This document shows positions 1 to 9,275 of a stretch of DNA of 64,000 bases, in pieces. The stretch's first letter is position 1; each line of letters opens with the position of its first letter. The DNA comes from Chromatiaceae bacterium (GTDB lineage: Bacteria > Pseudomonadota > Gammaproteobacteria > Chromatiales > Chromatiaceae). Both the position numbers and the translations under genes were made by a program. The stretch covers positions 35,581-99,580 of the forward strand of contig JADKCI010000001.1 in assembly GCA_016714645.1 (NCBI GenBank). The letters are read 5' to 3'. Below the pieces are notes generated by a model. The model searched no databases. It had not been told where the DNA came from and saw nothing but the letters and a program-made list of their open reading frames with translations.

Positions 1-431
1 AGCTTTAGCCCTCTGATGAAGACGAGGTACGTGATCACGACCATCACGATTGACAGGATGATCGCATCCTTCCAGCGGAACTCGTGGCTCGCGAAGCTGG
101 AGATCACGATCAGCGCGAGCATGGACACCAGCAGGCCTGCCCAGCGCAGTATTGCTGCATAGATGACCACCGCACCGAGCACCCATGCCAGCTCGGCGAA
201 ATGGAACCTCTCGAGCTTACCGCCTTCTCCCGCGCGCCCGAGTCCGGCCAAGGCCACCAGCACGCCGACAAGCGCGAGCAGCCCGCCCAGAACGGTCGGG
301 AAATACGCCGGCCCCATGACCCTTGCGGTACCAAAGTCATAGCGGGTCGCGAACGCCCCGAAAAACAGCCCGAACGCGATGAACATCACGCCTGACCAGA
401 AGTCGGTTTCGTTTCTGATTTTCACTTTCAT
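1..431 (-). CDS. TctB-family small membrane subunit of a tripartite tricarboxylate transporter (3' end runs off the window)
   Basis: Absent from the ORF track because it has no in-window stop. The reverse complement from the ATG (cat at 429-431, GGAG-like box just upstream) reads MKVKIRNETDFWSGVMFIAFGLFFGAFATRYDFGTARVMGPAYFPTVLGGLLALVGVLVAL..., a multi-TM hydrophobic protein. A LysR gene and a Bug/TctC gene are adjacent. Confidence 0.6.
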   Translation of the reverse strand, partial: MKVKIRNETDFWSGVMFIAFGLFFGAFATRYDFGTARVMGPAYFPTVLGGLLALVGVLVALAGLGRAGEGGKLERFHFAELAWVLGAVVIYAAILRWAGLLVSMLALIVISSFASHEFRWKDAIILSIVMVVITYLVFIRGLK

Positions 432-486
432 CTCCTCGCGGTTGCTGCGCGTTTGGCAAGCCTGTTGGGACGTCTTCGTGGTCAGT

Positions 487-1425
487 CTATGGTTCGGACG
501 GCCTGGAAATGGGGAACACTTCGCGCGCGTACTCCGCCAGCATATCGCAAAAGGCCGTTGCGTAGGACGGCAGGGAGCGCCGCTTGTCCCAGAAGACGGC
601 CAAGTACTCGCGCAACGGTTTGCCCCCGTAGGTGACCCGGACGATGCGCAAGGGATACCGATCGATGCGTACTGCAGAAGGAACGATGGCTATACCGTGC
701 CCTCTCTCAGCCATTGCCAGCAGCGTATGCGGTGTTCGGCTCTCGAAAACGATATTAGCCTCGATGCCTGCCAGACGGCAGGTGGCGTCGAAGGTGCGGC
801 GGGTTACGAAGCTGGTATCCAGAACAAGGAGCGGCTGGGCGGCGAGGTGGGCGATCTCGATCGCTCCGCTCTTTCCGAGCATCAACGGTGCATGCGAAGC
901 GGCAAGCAGGTCTACCGCCTCTAGCGGGTGGCTCGCAAAGCGCGGATCGTCGGGCTGAACCACGCGAAGCAGATTCTGGCCAAGGTGAATCTCGCCGCGC
1001 TCGAGCATTCCGAGGGTGTCGGACCACGCAATTGCCTCGATCACCTTGACCTGCACGTTGGGGTAACGCTGCGTGAATCGGTCCAGGAACCCGGAAAGGG
1101 TGCCTTCGATGAACTGAGGGGAGGCCGCTACCTTCAGTATGCCCGCGTCGCCGCGCCGAAGCTGTTGCGCGCGCTCGCCGATCGAGCTGGCGCAGTTCAA
1201 CAAACCACGACAGTCGCCAAGCAACTGCTCGCCCTCGCCAGTCAGCACGAGACGGCGTCCTAAACGATCGAAGAGTTTGAGACCGAGCTCCTGCTCAAGA
1301 TCGCTGATCTGCCGGGACAGGGCAGGCTGGGCAATGTGCAGACGTACCGCCGCCTTGGAGACGGTGCCCAGATCTGCAACGGTGACGAAGGTTCGCGCGT
1401 GTCGAAGGTCCATACCAGTGATCAT
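487..1425 (-). CDS. LysR-family transcriptional regulator
   Basis: 312-aa ORF. N-terminal HTH DLRHARTFVTVADLGTVSKAAVRLHIAQPALSRQISDLEQELGLKLFDR is the LysR signature, followed by a LysR substrate-binding-type C-terminus. Confidence 0.85.
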   Translation of the reverse strand: MITGMDLRHARTFVTVADLGTVSKAAVRLHIAQPALSRQISDLEQELGLKLFDRLGRRLVLTGEGEQLLGDCRGLLNCASSIGERAQQLRRGDAGILKVAASPQFIEGTLSGFLDRFTQRYPNVQVKVIEAIAWSDTLGMLERGEIHLGQNLLRVVQPDDPRFASHPLEAVDLLAASHAPLMLGKSGAIEIAHLAAQPLLVLDTSFVTRRTFDATCRLAGIEANIVFESRTPHTLLAMAERGHGIAIVPSAVRIDRYPLRIVRVTYGGKPLREYLAVFWDKRRSLPSYATAFCDMLAEYAREVFPISRPSEP

Positions 1426-1527
1426 GCCTGATCGGCATAAGTAACGAGAGGAATTCTATATTGGACTGCTAAACAGCAGGGTGCCATAGTTGATGTGCAA
1501 ATTGCGTTTCTTTATAAGGAGAAAGCC

Positions 1528-2496
1528 GTGAAATCGATGCTCTTGATGCGCATACTTACACTCGGCCTGACCGTCGCGACATTCACCGCCGAAGCACAGA
1601 CCTGGCCCTCGAAACCGCTGAGGGCGATCGTGCCGATCGCGCCCGGCAGCATGGCCGACATTGCCGCGCGTGTCGTGTTCGAACAGGTGTCGACGCAACT
1701 CGGGCAGCCCGTCATCGTCGAGAACCGTCCCGGCGCAGGGCAAACGATCGGTGCAAGCGTCGTTGCCAAGTCGGAACCCGATGGCTACACCCTGCTGGTC
1801 AACTCGTCCGCACACGCCATAGCGCCGTCGCTTTATCTGAACCTGAACTACCACCCGGCGCGGGACTTCGCTGCAGTCATCCCACTCGGCATCCTGCCCA
1901 ATGTCCTGGTCGTCCCGCCAGCCAAAGGGTGGAAGACAGTGGGCGACCTCATCGCCGCAGCCAAGGCGACGCCTGGCGCGATGAATTACGCCTCAGCCGG
2001 TGTCGGGACTGCGACTCATCTCAGCGCGGAACGTTTCCGGTCGAGCGCGGGAATCGAGGCCGTGCATATTCCACTCAAGGGCGGGTCGGAAGTCCTCACC
2101 GAGGTGATGACCGGACGGGTCGACTTCTTCTTCGGGCCCGTCGGCGTCGTGGCGCCTCGGGTGCGGGAGGGCAAGCTCACTGCGCTCGTGGTGAATGGCG
2201 CCCAACGCTCTTCCTTGCTGCCGGACGTGCCGACTACACTGGAGGCTGGCTTCGCCAATGCCGAGTATCCGCTCTGGTTGGGCGTGTTTCTGCCGGCGAA
2301 GACGCCGCGCGATATCGTCGAGAAGCTTCACCGCGAGACGCTCAAAGCGCTGCAAGAGCCCAAGGTGAAGAACAAGCTGGCGACACTAGGCATCGATCCG
2401 ATGGTCATGACCCCGACCGAGTTCGACGCGCATGTCGAGAAGGAGATTGCCGTCAACGCAGCGCTTGTCAATGCGATTGGCTTGAAGCCGCAGTGA
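1528..2496 (+). CDS. Bug-family / TctC-like periplasmic tripartite tricarboxylate transporter substrate-binding protein
   Basis: ORF 1495-2496. AAGGAG at 1517-1522 favours GTG 1528 (alternative ATG 1537). Signal peptide MLLMRILTLGLTVATFTAEAQ, then WPSKPLRAIVPIAPGS...NYASAGVGTATHL, typical of the Bug family. Divergent from the LysR gene. Confidence 0.85.
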   Translation: MKSMLLMRILTLGLTVATFTAEAQTWPSKPLRAIVPIAPGSMADIAARVVFEQVSTQLGQPVIVENRPGAGQTIGASVVAKSEPDGYTLLVNSSAHAIAPSLYLNLNYHPARDFAAVIPLGILPNVLVVPPAKGWKTVGDLIAAAKATPGAMNYASAGVGTATHLSAERFRSSAGIEAVHIPLKGGSEVLTEVMTGRVDFFFGPVGVVAPRVREGKLTALVVNGAQRSSLLPDVPTTLEAGFANAEYPLWLGVFLPAKTPRDIVEKLHRETLKALQEPKVKNKLATLGIDPMVMTPTEFDAHVEKEIAVNAALVNAIGLKPQ

Positions 2497-2580
2497 CAGA
2501 CGACCAAGCCTGAGGCCGACCGCTCGGTTAGCGGCCAAACCCGATGGGAGCTGTCGCCCGATGCATATAACGAAGAACAC

Positions 2581-3387
2581 ATGGCGATTTCATCAACATT
2601 CGTTGCCTCGGACGGAGACGGTTACGAGGTACAGATGGGCCGATGGAGCCGTCGTCTCGCGCCCCTGTTCATTGACTTCGCGGGGATTGCGGCAGCGGAG
2701 CGCGTCCTGGATGTCGGGTGCGGCACGGGCAATCTGAGTTTCAGCATTGCCCAGAACCCAGCCATCGGCAGCGTGCGTGGCATTGATTTTTCGGCCGCTT
2801 ACGTCGAGCACGCCAAGCGACGGAATCGCGATGCGCGCGTCGACTTCGAAGTGGGAGACGCTTGTACTCTGCCATTTCCGGACGCCTCGTTTGACCACAC
2901 CCTCTCGCTGCTGGTCCTGCAATTCATTCCGCAGGCCGATCTCGCAGTGCGCGAGATGCGGCGTGTCACGCGTCCGGGCGGAACTGTCGCCGCCGCGACG
3001 TGGGACACACGCGGAGGGCTCGTCTGCGTTCGTCTGATCTTCGATGCGGCAGCCATGCTCGATGGGCACGGAAATGAGTGCAGAGCGAGAGCGTACACCA
3101 AGCCCATGAGTCGCCCCGGAGACTTGGCGCGCGCGTGGCGTGAGGCCGGTCTGGTTGATGTCGTGGACGGCATGCTGACGATCCGCATGGATTTCGCATC
3201 TTTTGCCGACTTCTGGGCACCCACAGAAGGCAAGGATGGACCGATCGCGGACTACGTCGGCACCCTTGGCATGCAAGCGCGGGAAAAGCTTCGAGACATG
3301 GTCAAGCTGGCGTATCTAGATGGAGAGGTCGATGGTCCACGGTCCTACGCCGCAACGGCCTGGGTCGTGAAAGGCAAAGTGCCATAG
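2581..3387 (+). CDS. class I SAM-dependent methyltransferase
   Basis: 268-aa ORF with motif I VLDVGCGTGNLS and the acidic post-I/II pattern (IDFS...EVGDA...PFPDASFD). Confidence 0.8.
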   Translation: MAISSTFVASDGDGYEVQMGRWSRRLAPLFIDFAGIAAAERVLDVGCGTGNLSFSIAQNPAIGSVRGIDFSAAYVEHAKRRNRDARVDFEVGDACTLPFPDASFDHTLSLLVLQFIPQADLAVREMRRVTRPGGTVAAATWDTRGGLVCVRLIFDAAAMLDGHGNECRARAYTKPMSRPGDLARAWREAGLVDVVDGMLTIRMDFASFADFWAPTEGKDGPIADYVGTLGMQAREKLRDMVKLAYLDGEVDGPRSYAATAWVVKGKVP

Positions 3388-3699
3388 TTGCTGGAACCCC
3401 TGTGGCTTGGGCCGGCACCGAACCTGTTCGGCGTCAGATCCCCATCGTAGTGTTGGCAGGGCCGACCTGCCGCCGACCTCGGAGAAGCCCCTGGGATAAG
3501 GGGCCAGGCTCAAGTTTTTCGATCTGTCGGGCGGCCGCTTAACGTCCCTTCGCCGCCGCGATCAGAACCATGCTCGGCGACGGCTCCTGGCCGGTCAGCG
3601 ACCATCGACTGGACGCTCGGCCCAAGGAGTGCACGAAGGGGCGGTCAGCGGCCCCGAACGAACGCTGGCCCTGTGAACCAAGACGGCGGCAATCCAACC

Positions 3700-4110
3700 G
3701 ATAGAGGACGGTCTGCGCATCGTCGCCTTCAGCACCGAGACCGCCCCCCGTGCGGCGGATCCTCTCCCACGTCGGCGAGCCCGCCGAGCTGCCCCGGACT
3801 GCCCGCGCGCGCGGGCCCACCGCCTGGGACGACCCGCCGGTCCCTGCCGTACCGGACTGCGAGGCCTTGGCGCGACCGTCACCCGAGTATGTCTTCGACC
3901 AGAAAGTGCAGTGGTGGTCGCCTTCCGTCCTCTTCCGTCGCCGGCACCCGCCGCTGGCCCGCCGCCCCCTTGTCGCGGCCGATCTGAAACGGGTCTAATT
4001 CTGCCGGGGTGAACCTGGCTCTTCTTACCCGTCTTCTTCCTCGTGTGAACGATGCTGTCCTGGAGTTTTCTTCCCTCTAAGGTGTTCTTCGGTGTTCTTC
4101 GGTGTTCTTC
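3700..4110 (+). mobile_element. IS91-family-like element, 3' terminal relic (copy A)
   Basis: A frameshifted C-terminal transposase remnant reads LRIVAFSTETAP / RRILSHVGEPAELPRTARARGPTAWDDPPVPAVPDCEALARPSPEYVFDQKVQW. This is collinear with the IS91-type C-terminus at 38162-38587. About 170 nt of tail follows, ending in 3 x GGTGTTCTTC. Confidence 0.5.
4081..4110. repeat. perfect tandem repeat 3 x GGTGTTCTTC
   Basis: Read directly from the sequence. Each unit contains GTTC. It lies at the distal end of IS91-like relic A. Confidence 0.95.
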
Positions 4111-4156
4111 CTGCCGTGTCTTATAGCCAGATTGGCCATCTGGCGGGGGACGCGAC

Positions 4157-4429
4157 ATGGGACACGAACAACGGCGGACCTGTGTGAACTGCGGCGAGCG
4201 CTTCGTCCCTGACCCTCGCAATGCCCATCATCAGCGCTACTGCACCCAGCCCGCCTGTCGGGCGGCGAGTAAGCGCACCAGCCAGGCCAAATGGTTGGCT
4301 AAGGTGGAGAATCGCGACTACCACCGGGGAGCGGCGGCAGTGGCACGCGTACAGGCCTGGCGGCAGGCGCATCCCGGCTACATCCGCGGTACCCATCGCC
4401 GCCCTCGCCGTGCTCCCCGTTTCCCCTGA
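4157..4429 (+). CDS. hypothetical small Cys-rich (zinc-ribbon-like) protein, possibly the 5' part of a frameshifted gene
   Basis: 90-aa ORF MGHEQRRTCVNCGERFVPDPRNAHHQRYCTQPACRAASKRTSQ (CxxC...C...C). A different frame downstream (about 4501-4689) reads RYRTLAQRLRITPERLAQARRDLLARDLIADDPPLYQVLSLP (wHTH-like). It ends in a TGA that overlaps the istA-remnant ATG. Confidence 0.35.
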   Translation: MGHEQRRTCVNCGERFVPDPRNAHHQRYCTQPACRAASKRTSQAKWLAKVENRDYHRGAAAVARVQAWRQAHPGYIRGTHRRPRRAPRFP

Positions 4430-4685
4430 TCCGCTCCCGGCGGACCTGCCAACGACCGCTTCGGCCCCGCCGGGGTCGTTACCGGCACGCGCGAGAGCAC
4501 CGTTATCGCACCCTCGCGCAACGCCTGCGCATCACACCCGAGCGGCTGGCGCAGGCACGCCGCGACCTGCTCGCGCGGGATCTGATCGCTGATGACCCAC
4601 CGCTCTATCAGGTGCTGAGCCTGCCAGGCGCAGTGCCGGGTGCAGTCCAGCTACAGCGGCTGCGCTCGGCCCTGGAGAGACGGCC

Positions 4686-5036
4686 ATGATCGACTACGCC
4701 ACCTGGCGTGCCATCCGCGACGGCTTCGCCCAACACCTCGGCGCGCGCCAAAGCGACGGGGCAATGCCCTCGCGCACGTGCGCAAGATCCTCGCCCTGGC
4801 CGATATCCACGGGGCCGAGGCGGTCAACCGGGCAATGGCGGATGCCCTGGCTTTCGAGGCGCAACAGCCACGAGTACATCGCCCACCTGATCCGGGCCCG
4901 CGCCCGGCAATGGCCGCAACCCAGTGCGCTGGTCTTGATGCCCTATCAGGATGTGCTGGAGCGGGAGTTGCTACCGGCGGATTGGTCGCCTTACGCGATC
5001 CCCGAGGCGGAGGGCGACGACTATGACCGCGGCTGA
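4686..5036 (+). pseudogene. istA: IS21-family transposase IstA remnant (N-terminus joined to C-terminus, internal deletion/frameshift)
   Basis: The 116-aa ORF starts MIDYATWRAIRDG (IstA-like N-terminus) and ends overlapping the istB ATG. A neighbouring frame carries ILALADIHGAEAVNRAMADALAFEA (IstA C-terminal type). It is far too short for a roughly 400-500 aa IstA. Confidence 0.6.
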
Positions 5037-5769
5037 GCAGGTGCTGGTGCAAGAGCTGCGACGGTTGCAGTTGCATTGGATCCTCGAACACTATCCCGCC
5101 CTGGCGGAACAGGCTGCTCGCGAGGCCTGGACCGCTGTGCGCTTTCTCGAAGCGCTGATCGCTGGGAAGGTGGCACGCCGCGACGAGGCGCTGGTGCGCC
5201 GGCGGGTGAAGGCGGCCCGCTTGCCCAGTCTCAAGACCCTGGACGACTTCGACTGGAGCTGGCCGAAGAAAATCAACCGTGCCCAAGTCCAGCAACTGTT
5301 CCGCTTGGACTTCCTCCCCCAGCACGGCAACGTCGTCCTGCTCGGTGATGTCGGCGTGGCCAAGACCCATCTGGCCATCGCCCTGGCGCACACCGCCCGC
5401 CTCCACGGTCAGATGGCGCTCTTTACCAGCGCCGTTGATATTGTCAATACGCTCGCTGCCGCCCAGGCCACCGGCGGGCTCAAGCGCGAACTGGCGCGGC
5501 TGCTCAAGCCCGCCTTGCTCGTCGTCGACGAGCTCGGCTATCTGCCGATCGACAAATTCCGCGCCGACGCCCTGTTCCAGGTGATCAGCCAACGCTACGA
5601 GCGCGGCTCCACGGTCATCACCACCCATCGCGCCTTCAAACAGTGGCCGGAGATTTTCAACAACGACAGCACCCTGACTTCCGCCTTGCTCGACCGCTTG
5701 CTCCACCATGCTGAGTCAGTGGTCATCAAGGGGCGCAGCTATCGTATGCGCGACCACAGCGGAAGCTGA
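5023..5769 (+). CDS. istB: IS21-family helper ATPase IstB
   Basis: From ATG 5023: MTAAEQVLVQELRRLQL... Walker A is LLGDVGVAKTHLAIAL and Walker B is LLVVDELGYLP. The ending SALLDRLLHHAESVVIKGRSYRMRD is classical IstB. Confidence 0.9.
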   Translation: MTAAEQVLVQELRRLQLHWILEHYPALAEQAAREAWTAVRFLEALIAGKVARRDEALVRRRVKAARLPSLKTLDDFDWSWPKKINRAQVQQLFRLDFLPQHGNVVLLGDVGVAKTHLAIALAHTARLHGQMALFTSAVDIVNTLAAAQATGGLKRELARLLKPALLVVDELGYLPIDKFRADALFQVISQRYERGSTVITTHRAFKQWPEIFNNDSTLTSALLDRLLHHAESVVIKGRSYRMRDHSGS

Positions 5770-5861
5770 GGTGCAACCGAGCCCGCCCTCACCCTGAAGC
5801 AATGCCCGTCCCCTAGGTGAGCGAAGGTGCCCATCTCAGTCTTTGCCCACAAACACTGACA

Positions 5862-6238
5862 CCCACAAGCTATCCCGCGGTCCTCTTTTCTCTCGGCTGT
5901 ATTGCGCCACTTTCGCGGCGGCGCCGACAGGCGATGCCAAGGCCACGCCCATCGTGCCCAACAATAAGGCCTTTGCGGAGAACGTGGTGGCCGAGGGCGG
6001 CGCCGCCGACGGCAACCCGAAACTCTACCGGGTCAGCACTGGCCACGGCGGCCTCTTCTGCGAGGCCTGCCATGGCACCAACCTGACGGGCACCGTGCTG
6101 TCGCGCACCGCCGATGACCGTACCGTGCGCTGCAAGACTACCCAAGGCAGTCTGCCCGAGTGCAAGGCGGGTCAGACGACGGCGGTCATCCCGAAGGGTA
6201 CCCCCGTAGGTTGCGGCATGTATCACCGTCAGAAATGA
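5862..6238 (+). pseudogene. C-terminal fragment of a c-type cytochrome, 5'-truncated by the IS21 relic
   Basis: The reading frame continues from the IS end without a credible start. It contains one heme-binding CxxCH (GGLFCEACHG) and is followed by a strong terminator. Confidence 0.4.
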
Positions 6239-6293
6239 GCGTCTAAGCCACGCAACAAGCTGCCCGGGACGGCAGCCGATGGACCAACCTTTA

Positions 6294-6318
6294 GGCGGCA
6301 CCTGTGCCGCCTTTTTTT
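6294..6318 (+). terminator. rho-independent terminator
   Basis: Stem GGCGGCA, loop cctg, stem TGCCGCC, followed by TTTTTTT. Confidence 0.65.
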
Positions 6319-6463
6319 CGTCTGCGTCAGCTCTCCCTATGGCCCGAACAGGTACTGGAGGCTGGTCATGGATCGGTTAAATCGGACCTGGAAATACTCC
6401 GGACTTCCGACTGAGCACCTAATAGCTCAGAATCAGCCCTTCGCCATTGCAGAAAGGGCAACA

Positions 6464-7354
6464 ATGAACCGTCTCGACGCCATGACCACCTTTGTGCGAG
6501 TCGCGGAATTGGGCAGTTTCGCGGCCGCCGCCAGCCGGCTGGGGGTGGCGCGTTCCGTGATCACGCGCCAGATCGCCGCCCTGGAGGAGCATCTGGGCAT
6601 CAAGCTGATGGTGCGCACGACGCGGCGCCTGACCCTGACGGCGGGCGGGGCCGCCTACCTGGAGAAGTGCCGGGAGATCCTCGACCTGGTCGAATCGGCC
6701 GAGGCGGACGTGATGGCGGACAGCCTGACCCCGCGCGGCCACTTGCACATCGGCGTGCCCCTGAGCTTTGGGCTGAAGAAGCTGGTGCCGTTACTGCTGG
6801 AGTTTTCCCAGACCTATCCGGCCATTACCCTGGCGACGGATTTCACCGACAGCCAACAGAATCTGGTGGAGGAAGGCAAGGACCTGCTGGTGCGCATCAC
6901 CGCCCGTCTGGAGCCGGGAGACATCGCCCGCAAGCTGGGGGCTTCCCGGCTCCAGGTCATCGCTACCCCGGCCTATCTGGCCCGCCATGGCCAGCCACGG
7001 CATCCCGCCGAACTCGCTGGCCATGCCCTGATCGGCTACACCCACCGCGGGGTCGTGCAGCCCTGGCCCTTCCGGGTCGAGGGCGAGGTGGAAACCTTCT
7101 ACCTGCCGTTCAAGCTCCAGGCTAACAACGGCGAGGCCCTGGCCGAGGCGGCGGTGCGGGACCTGGGGATCACCATGGTCCCGGACTTCGTCGCGGAGGA
7201 CTATCTCCGGGACCGCGGCATGGTGACCCTGCTCGAAGACTTCGCGCCGCCCGATCTGGGCATCTATGCCCTGCTCCCGAGCAATCGCTACATGCCCCAC
7301 CGGGTGCGGGCCTTGATCGAGTTTCTTGCGGGGCGGATGAAGTGTCCTGGCTAA
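6464..7354 (+). CDS. LysR-family transcriptional regulator
   Basis: ORF 6368-7354; the likely start is ATG 6464 (MNRLDAMTTFVRVAELGSFAAAASRLGVARSVITRQIAALEEHLGIKLMVRTTRRL). Confidence 0.85.
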   Translation: MNRLDAMTTFVRVAELGSFAAAASRLGVARSVITRQIAALEEHLGIKLMVRTTRRLTLTAGGAAYLEKCREILDLVESAEADVMADSLTPRGHLHIGVPLSFGLKKLVPLLLEFSQTYPAITLATDFTDSQQNLVEEGKDLLVRITARLEPGDIARKLGASRLQVIATPAYLARHGQPRHPAELAGHALIGYTHRGVVQPWPFRVEGEVETFYLPFKLQANNGEALAEAAVRDLGITMVPDFVAEDYLRDRGMVTLLEDFAPPDLGIYALLPSNRYMPHRVRALIEFLAGRMKCPG

Positions 7355-7382
7355 TGCGGCGCGGTGGCTGTCAGTCGAGCGC

Positions 7383-7418
7383 AAAAAAATGCCCGCCGGC
7401 TTGGCGGGCAATTATTTT
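7383..7418. terminator. bidirectional rho-independent terminator between convergent genes
   Basis: AAAAAAA, then stem TGCCCGCC, loop ggctt, stem GGCGGGCA, then ATTATTTT. There is a T-run after the hairpin on both strands. Confidence 0.6.
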
Positions 7419-7592
7419 CCTGACAATTGACAGGTCGGAATGGCAAACGCCGCCATAAAGGATCTCGATTTGACATCGTCTGGACCCGGTTGCCGACGCT
7501 CAATCTCCAGGGGAGCCATGGGAACGTCAGCGTTTTACGCACCAAATGCTTTAACAGTATTCATATAAGGAAAACGCCATAAAGTTAAATGC

Positions 7593-8207
7593 TTAATTCT
7601 CTTTAGGCCAGGATGGAATCTTCCAGTCCATTGCCAGCGCCAAGAGCCTTAATCCGGTCGAGGTTCCCGCGCCTGCCAGGAGGGAGAACCAGGATGCCGC
7701 GCCGGCGGAATCCAGACCCACCAGTACCCAGCAACCGAGGAAAGCGCAGAGAGCATAAGGCCGGTGATCGTGAAAGACCACTGGGATTTCGTTACACAGA
7801 ACATCGCGCAGCACGCCGCCAAACACCCCCGTCACCACGCCCAACAACACCACAACAATAATAGGCATCTCGGCGGCCAGGGCAAATGCCGCGCCCGAGG
7901 CGGCAAAGAGACCGAGTCCTATAGCATCCGTAGCCTGCATGAGGCGGTCGGCCCAACGATGACGCATTAAACCAAGTAAGGGCGGCCCGGCCAGGGTCAG
8001 TCCCAAGACCAGCCAGACATATTCCTGATGCTGCACCCAGGAGAGGGGGCGGCGATCCAGCAACAGATCCCGCAGGGTCCCGCCGCCGAAGGCAGTCACG
8101 AAGGCTACCGTGAAGACCCCGACAACATCCATCCGCTTGCGAACAGCCTCGATCAAGCCGGAGACGGCAAAGGCACAGATGGCGGCAATTTCGATGATGG
8201 CTAGCAC
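7593..8207 (-). CDS. UPF0126 / trimeric intracellular cation channel (TRIC)-family membrane protein
   Basis: 204 aa with two internal repeats each carrying the glycine motif (FGGGTLRDLLL and FGGVLRDVL). It is multi-TM. Confidence 0.8.
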   Translation of the reverse strand: MLAIIEIAAICAFAVSGLIEAVRKRMDVVGVFTVAFVTAFGGGTLRDLLLDRRPLSWVQHQEYVWLVLGLTLAGPPLLGLMRHRWADRLMQATDAIGLGLFAASGAAFALAAEMPIIVVVLLGVVTGVFGGVLRDVLCNEIPVVFHDHRPYALCAFLGCWVLVGLDSAGAASWFSLLAGAGTSTGLRLLALAMDWKIPSWPKEN

Positions 8208-8452
8208 GGTTTTAAGCCTAGGTGATTGGGTAAGATATAATTGTTTAAGGCGTCCAACCCCGCTTGCCGTGGTCGTGCAGTTGCAGATGGCCCCAGCAAT
8301 AGTAGCGTGACGCCAGGCTGTTGACGTCGGAACAAAACTGACTATCTTTTAGGGATAATTCTGGGAAACTTCAGTCGCATGGCAACGTATCATCCGTGAC
8401 TATGCCCTTGTGTTTCACAACATCCCATCAACCGCTTCAGCGAGGAGATTTC

Positions 8453-9001
8453 ATGGCTTCCATAAAACTACTCGGCATTGCTGGCAGCCTGCGTCAGGCA
8501 TCGACCAACCGGGGTCTGCTGCGTGCGGCACAGGCGAATCTGCCGGCCGAGGCCATCCTGGAAATTGCCGACCTGACCGATATTCCTTTTTATAACCAGG
8601 ACATCGCCGCAAAACCCGCGGCCGTCGGCCATGTGCTGGCCCAGATCGGATCAGCCGATGCTTTGGTGCTGGCTAGCACCGAATACAACTACTCACTGGC
8701 ACCTGCTTTGAAGAATATCCTGGACTGGGCCTCGCGCGAACCCGGCAACGCCCTTCTGGCCGGCAAGCCGGTGGCTATCATGGGCGCCGGTGGCGGCATG
8801 GGCACCTCGCGGGCTCAATACCACCTGCGTCAGGTCTGCGTCTTTCTTGACCTGCGTCCCCTGAACAAGCCGGAAATTTTCGCCAACGCCTTTGCGGGTG
8901 GGTTTGATGCCGATGGCAACTTGATCGACGAAAAACTCACCAAGCTGATCGGTGAGCAGATGCAGATGCTGGTCGCCGAGGTCGTCGCGGCGCGGCGCTG
9001 A
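8453..9001 (+). CDS. NADPH-dependent FMN reductase family protein
   Basis: ATG 8453 follows GAGGAG. MASIKLLGIAGSLRQASTNRGLL...STEYNYSLAPALKNILDW is typical of the flavodoxin-like FMN_red family. Confidence 0.8.
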   Translation: MASIKLLGIAGSLRQASTNRGLLRAAQANLPAEAILEIADLTDIPFYNQDIAAKPAAVGHVLAQIGSADALVLASTEYNYSLAPALKNILDWASREPGNALLAGKPVAIMGAGGGMGTSRAQYHLRQVCVFLDLRPLNKPEIFANAFAGGFDADGNLIDEKLTKLIGEQMQMLVAEVVAARR

Positions 9002-9098
9002 TCGGGATGGGCGGAGGTAGGTCAGGCTCGGCCGCGCTGGAGCCTGATCTCGATCGGTGCATCCGTCGTCGGATGAACATGAGGTTCCGCGAAGGGAA

Positions 9099-9275
9099 TC
9101 AAACACCTTCGCCTCGGTCAGCGCATCCCTCGACGACGAAGGGGACCACCGTCTCGACACCCTCGACGTCCACGACCTCGACCTCTGGCTCCCCGTTCTC
9201 TCCGTAGGCGACTGCCCAGGACACCGCTTCGGGCTGGAAGCTCACTTCCAGACCGAGAAACTCCTCGCAGGTCAT
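9099..9275 (-). CDS. HdeA/HdeB-family acid-stress chaperone-like domain ORF (N-terminus and signal peptide unclear, possibly decayed)
   Basis: MTCEEFLGLEVSFQPEAVSWAVAYGENGEPEVEVVDVEGVETVVPFVVEGC aligns by eye with E. coli HdeA WTCEDFLAVDESFQPTAVGFAEAL...DVQGIATVTPAIVQAC, including both Cys. The longer ORF (to 9479) has no credible signal peptide. Confidence 0.4.
   Translation of the reverse strand: MTCEEFLGLEVSFQPEAVSWAVAYGENGEPEVEVVDVEGVETVVPFVVEGCADRGEGV

Larger units (their letters stand above)
4686..5861 (+). mobile_element. IS21-family element relic (internally deleted istA + intact istB + right end)
   Basis: Contains the istA remnant and istB (see below). The right end reads ...GTGCCCATCTCAGTCTTTGCCCACAAACACTGACA, ending about 5861; its complement starts TGTCAGTG, typical of IS21 ends. 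I could not find a left inverted repeat. Confidence 0.6.

Noticed and set aside
3539-4221. Arg-rich minus-strand ORFs (93 and 208 aa) across the IS91-like relic A region.
   Set aside because: Their composition is typical of out-of-frame high-GC translation. The plus strand carries the recognisable transposase C-terminus.
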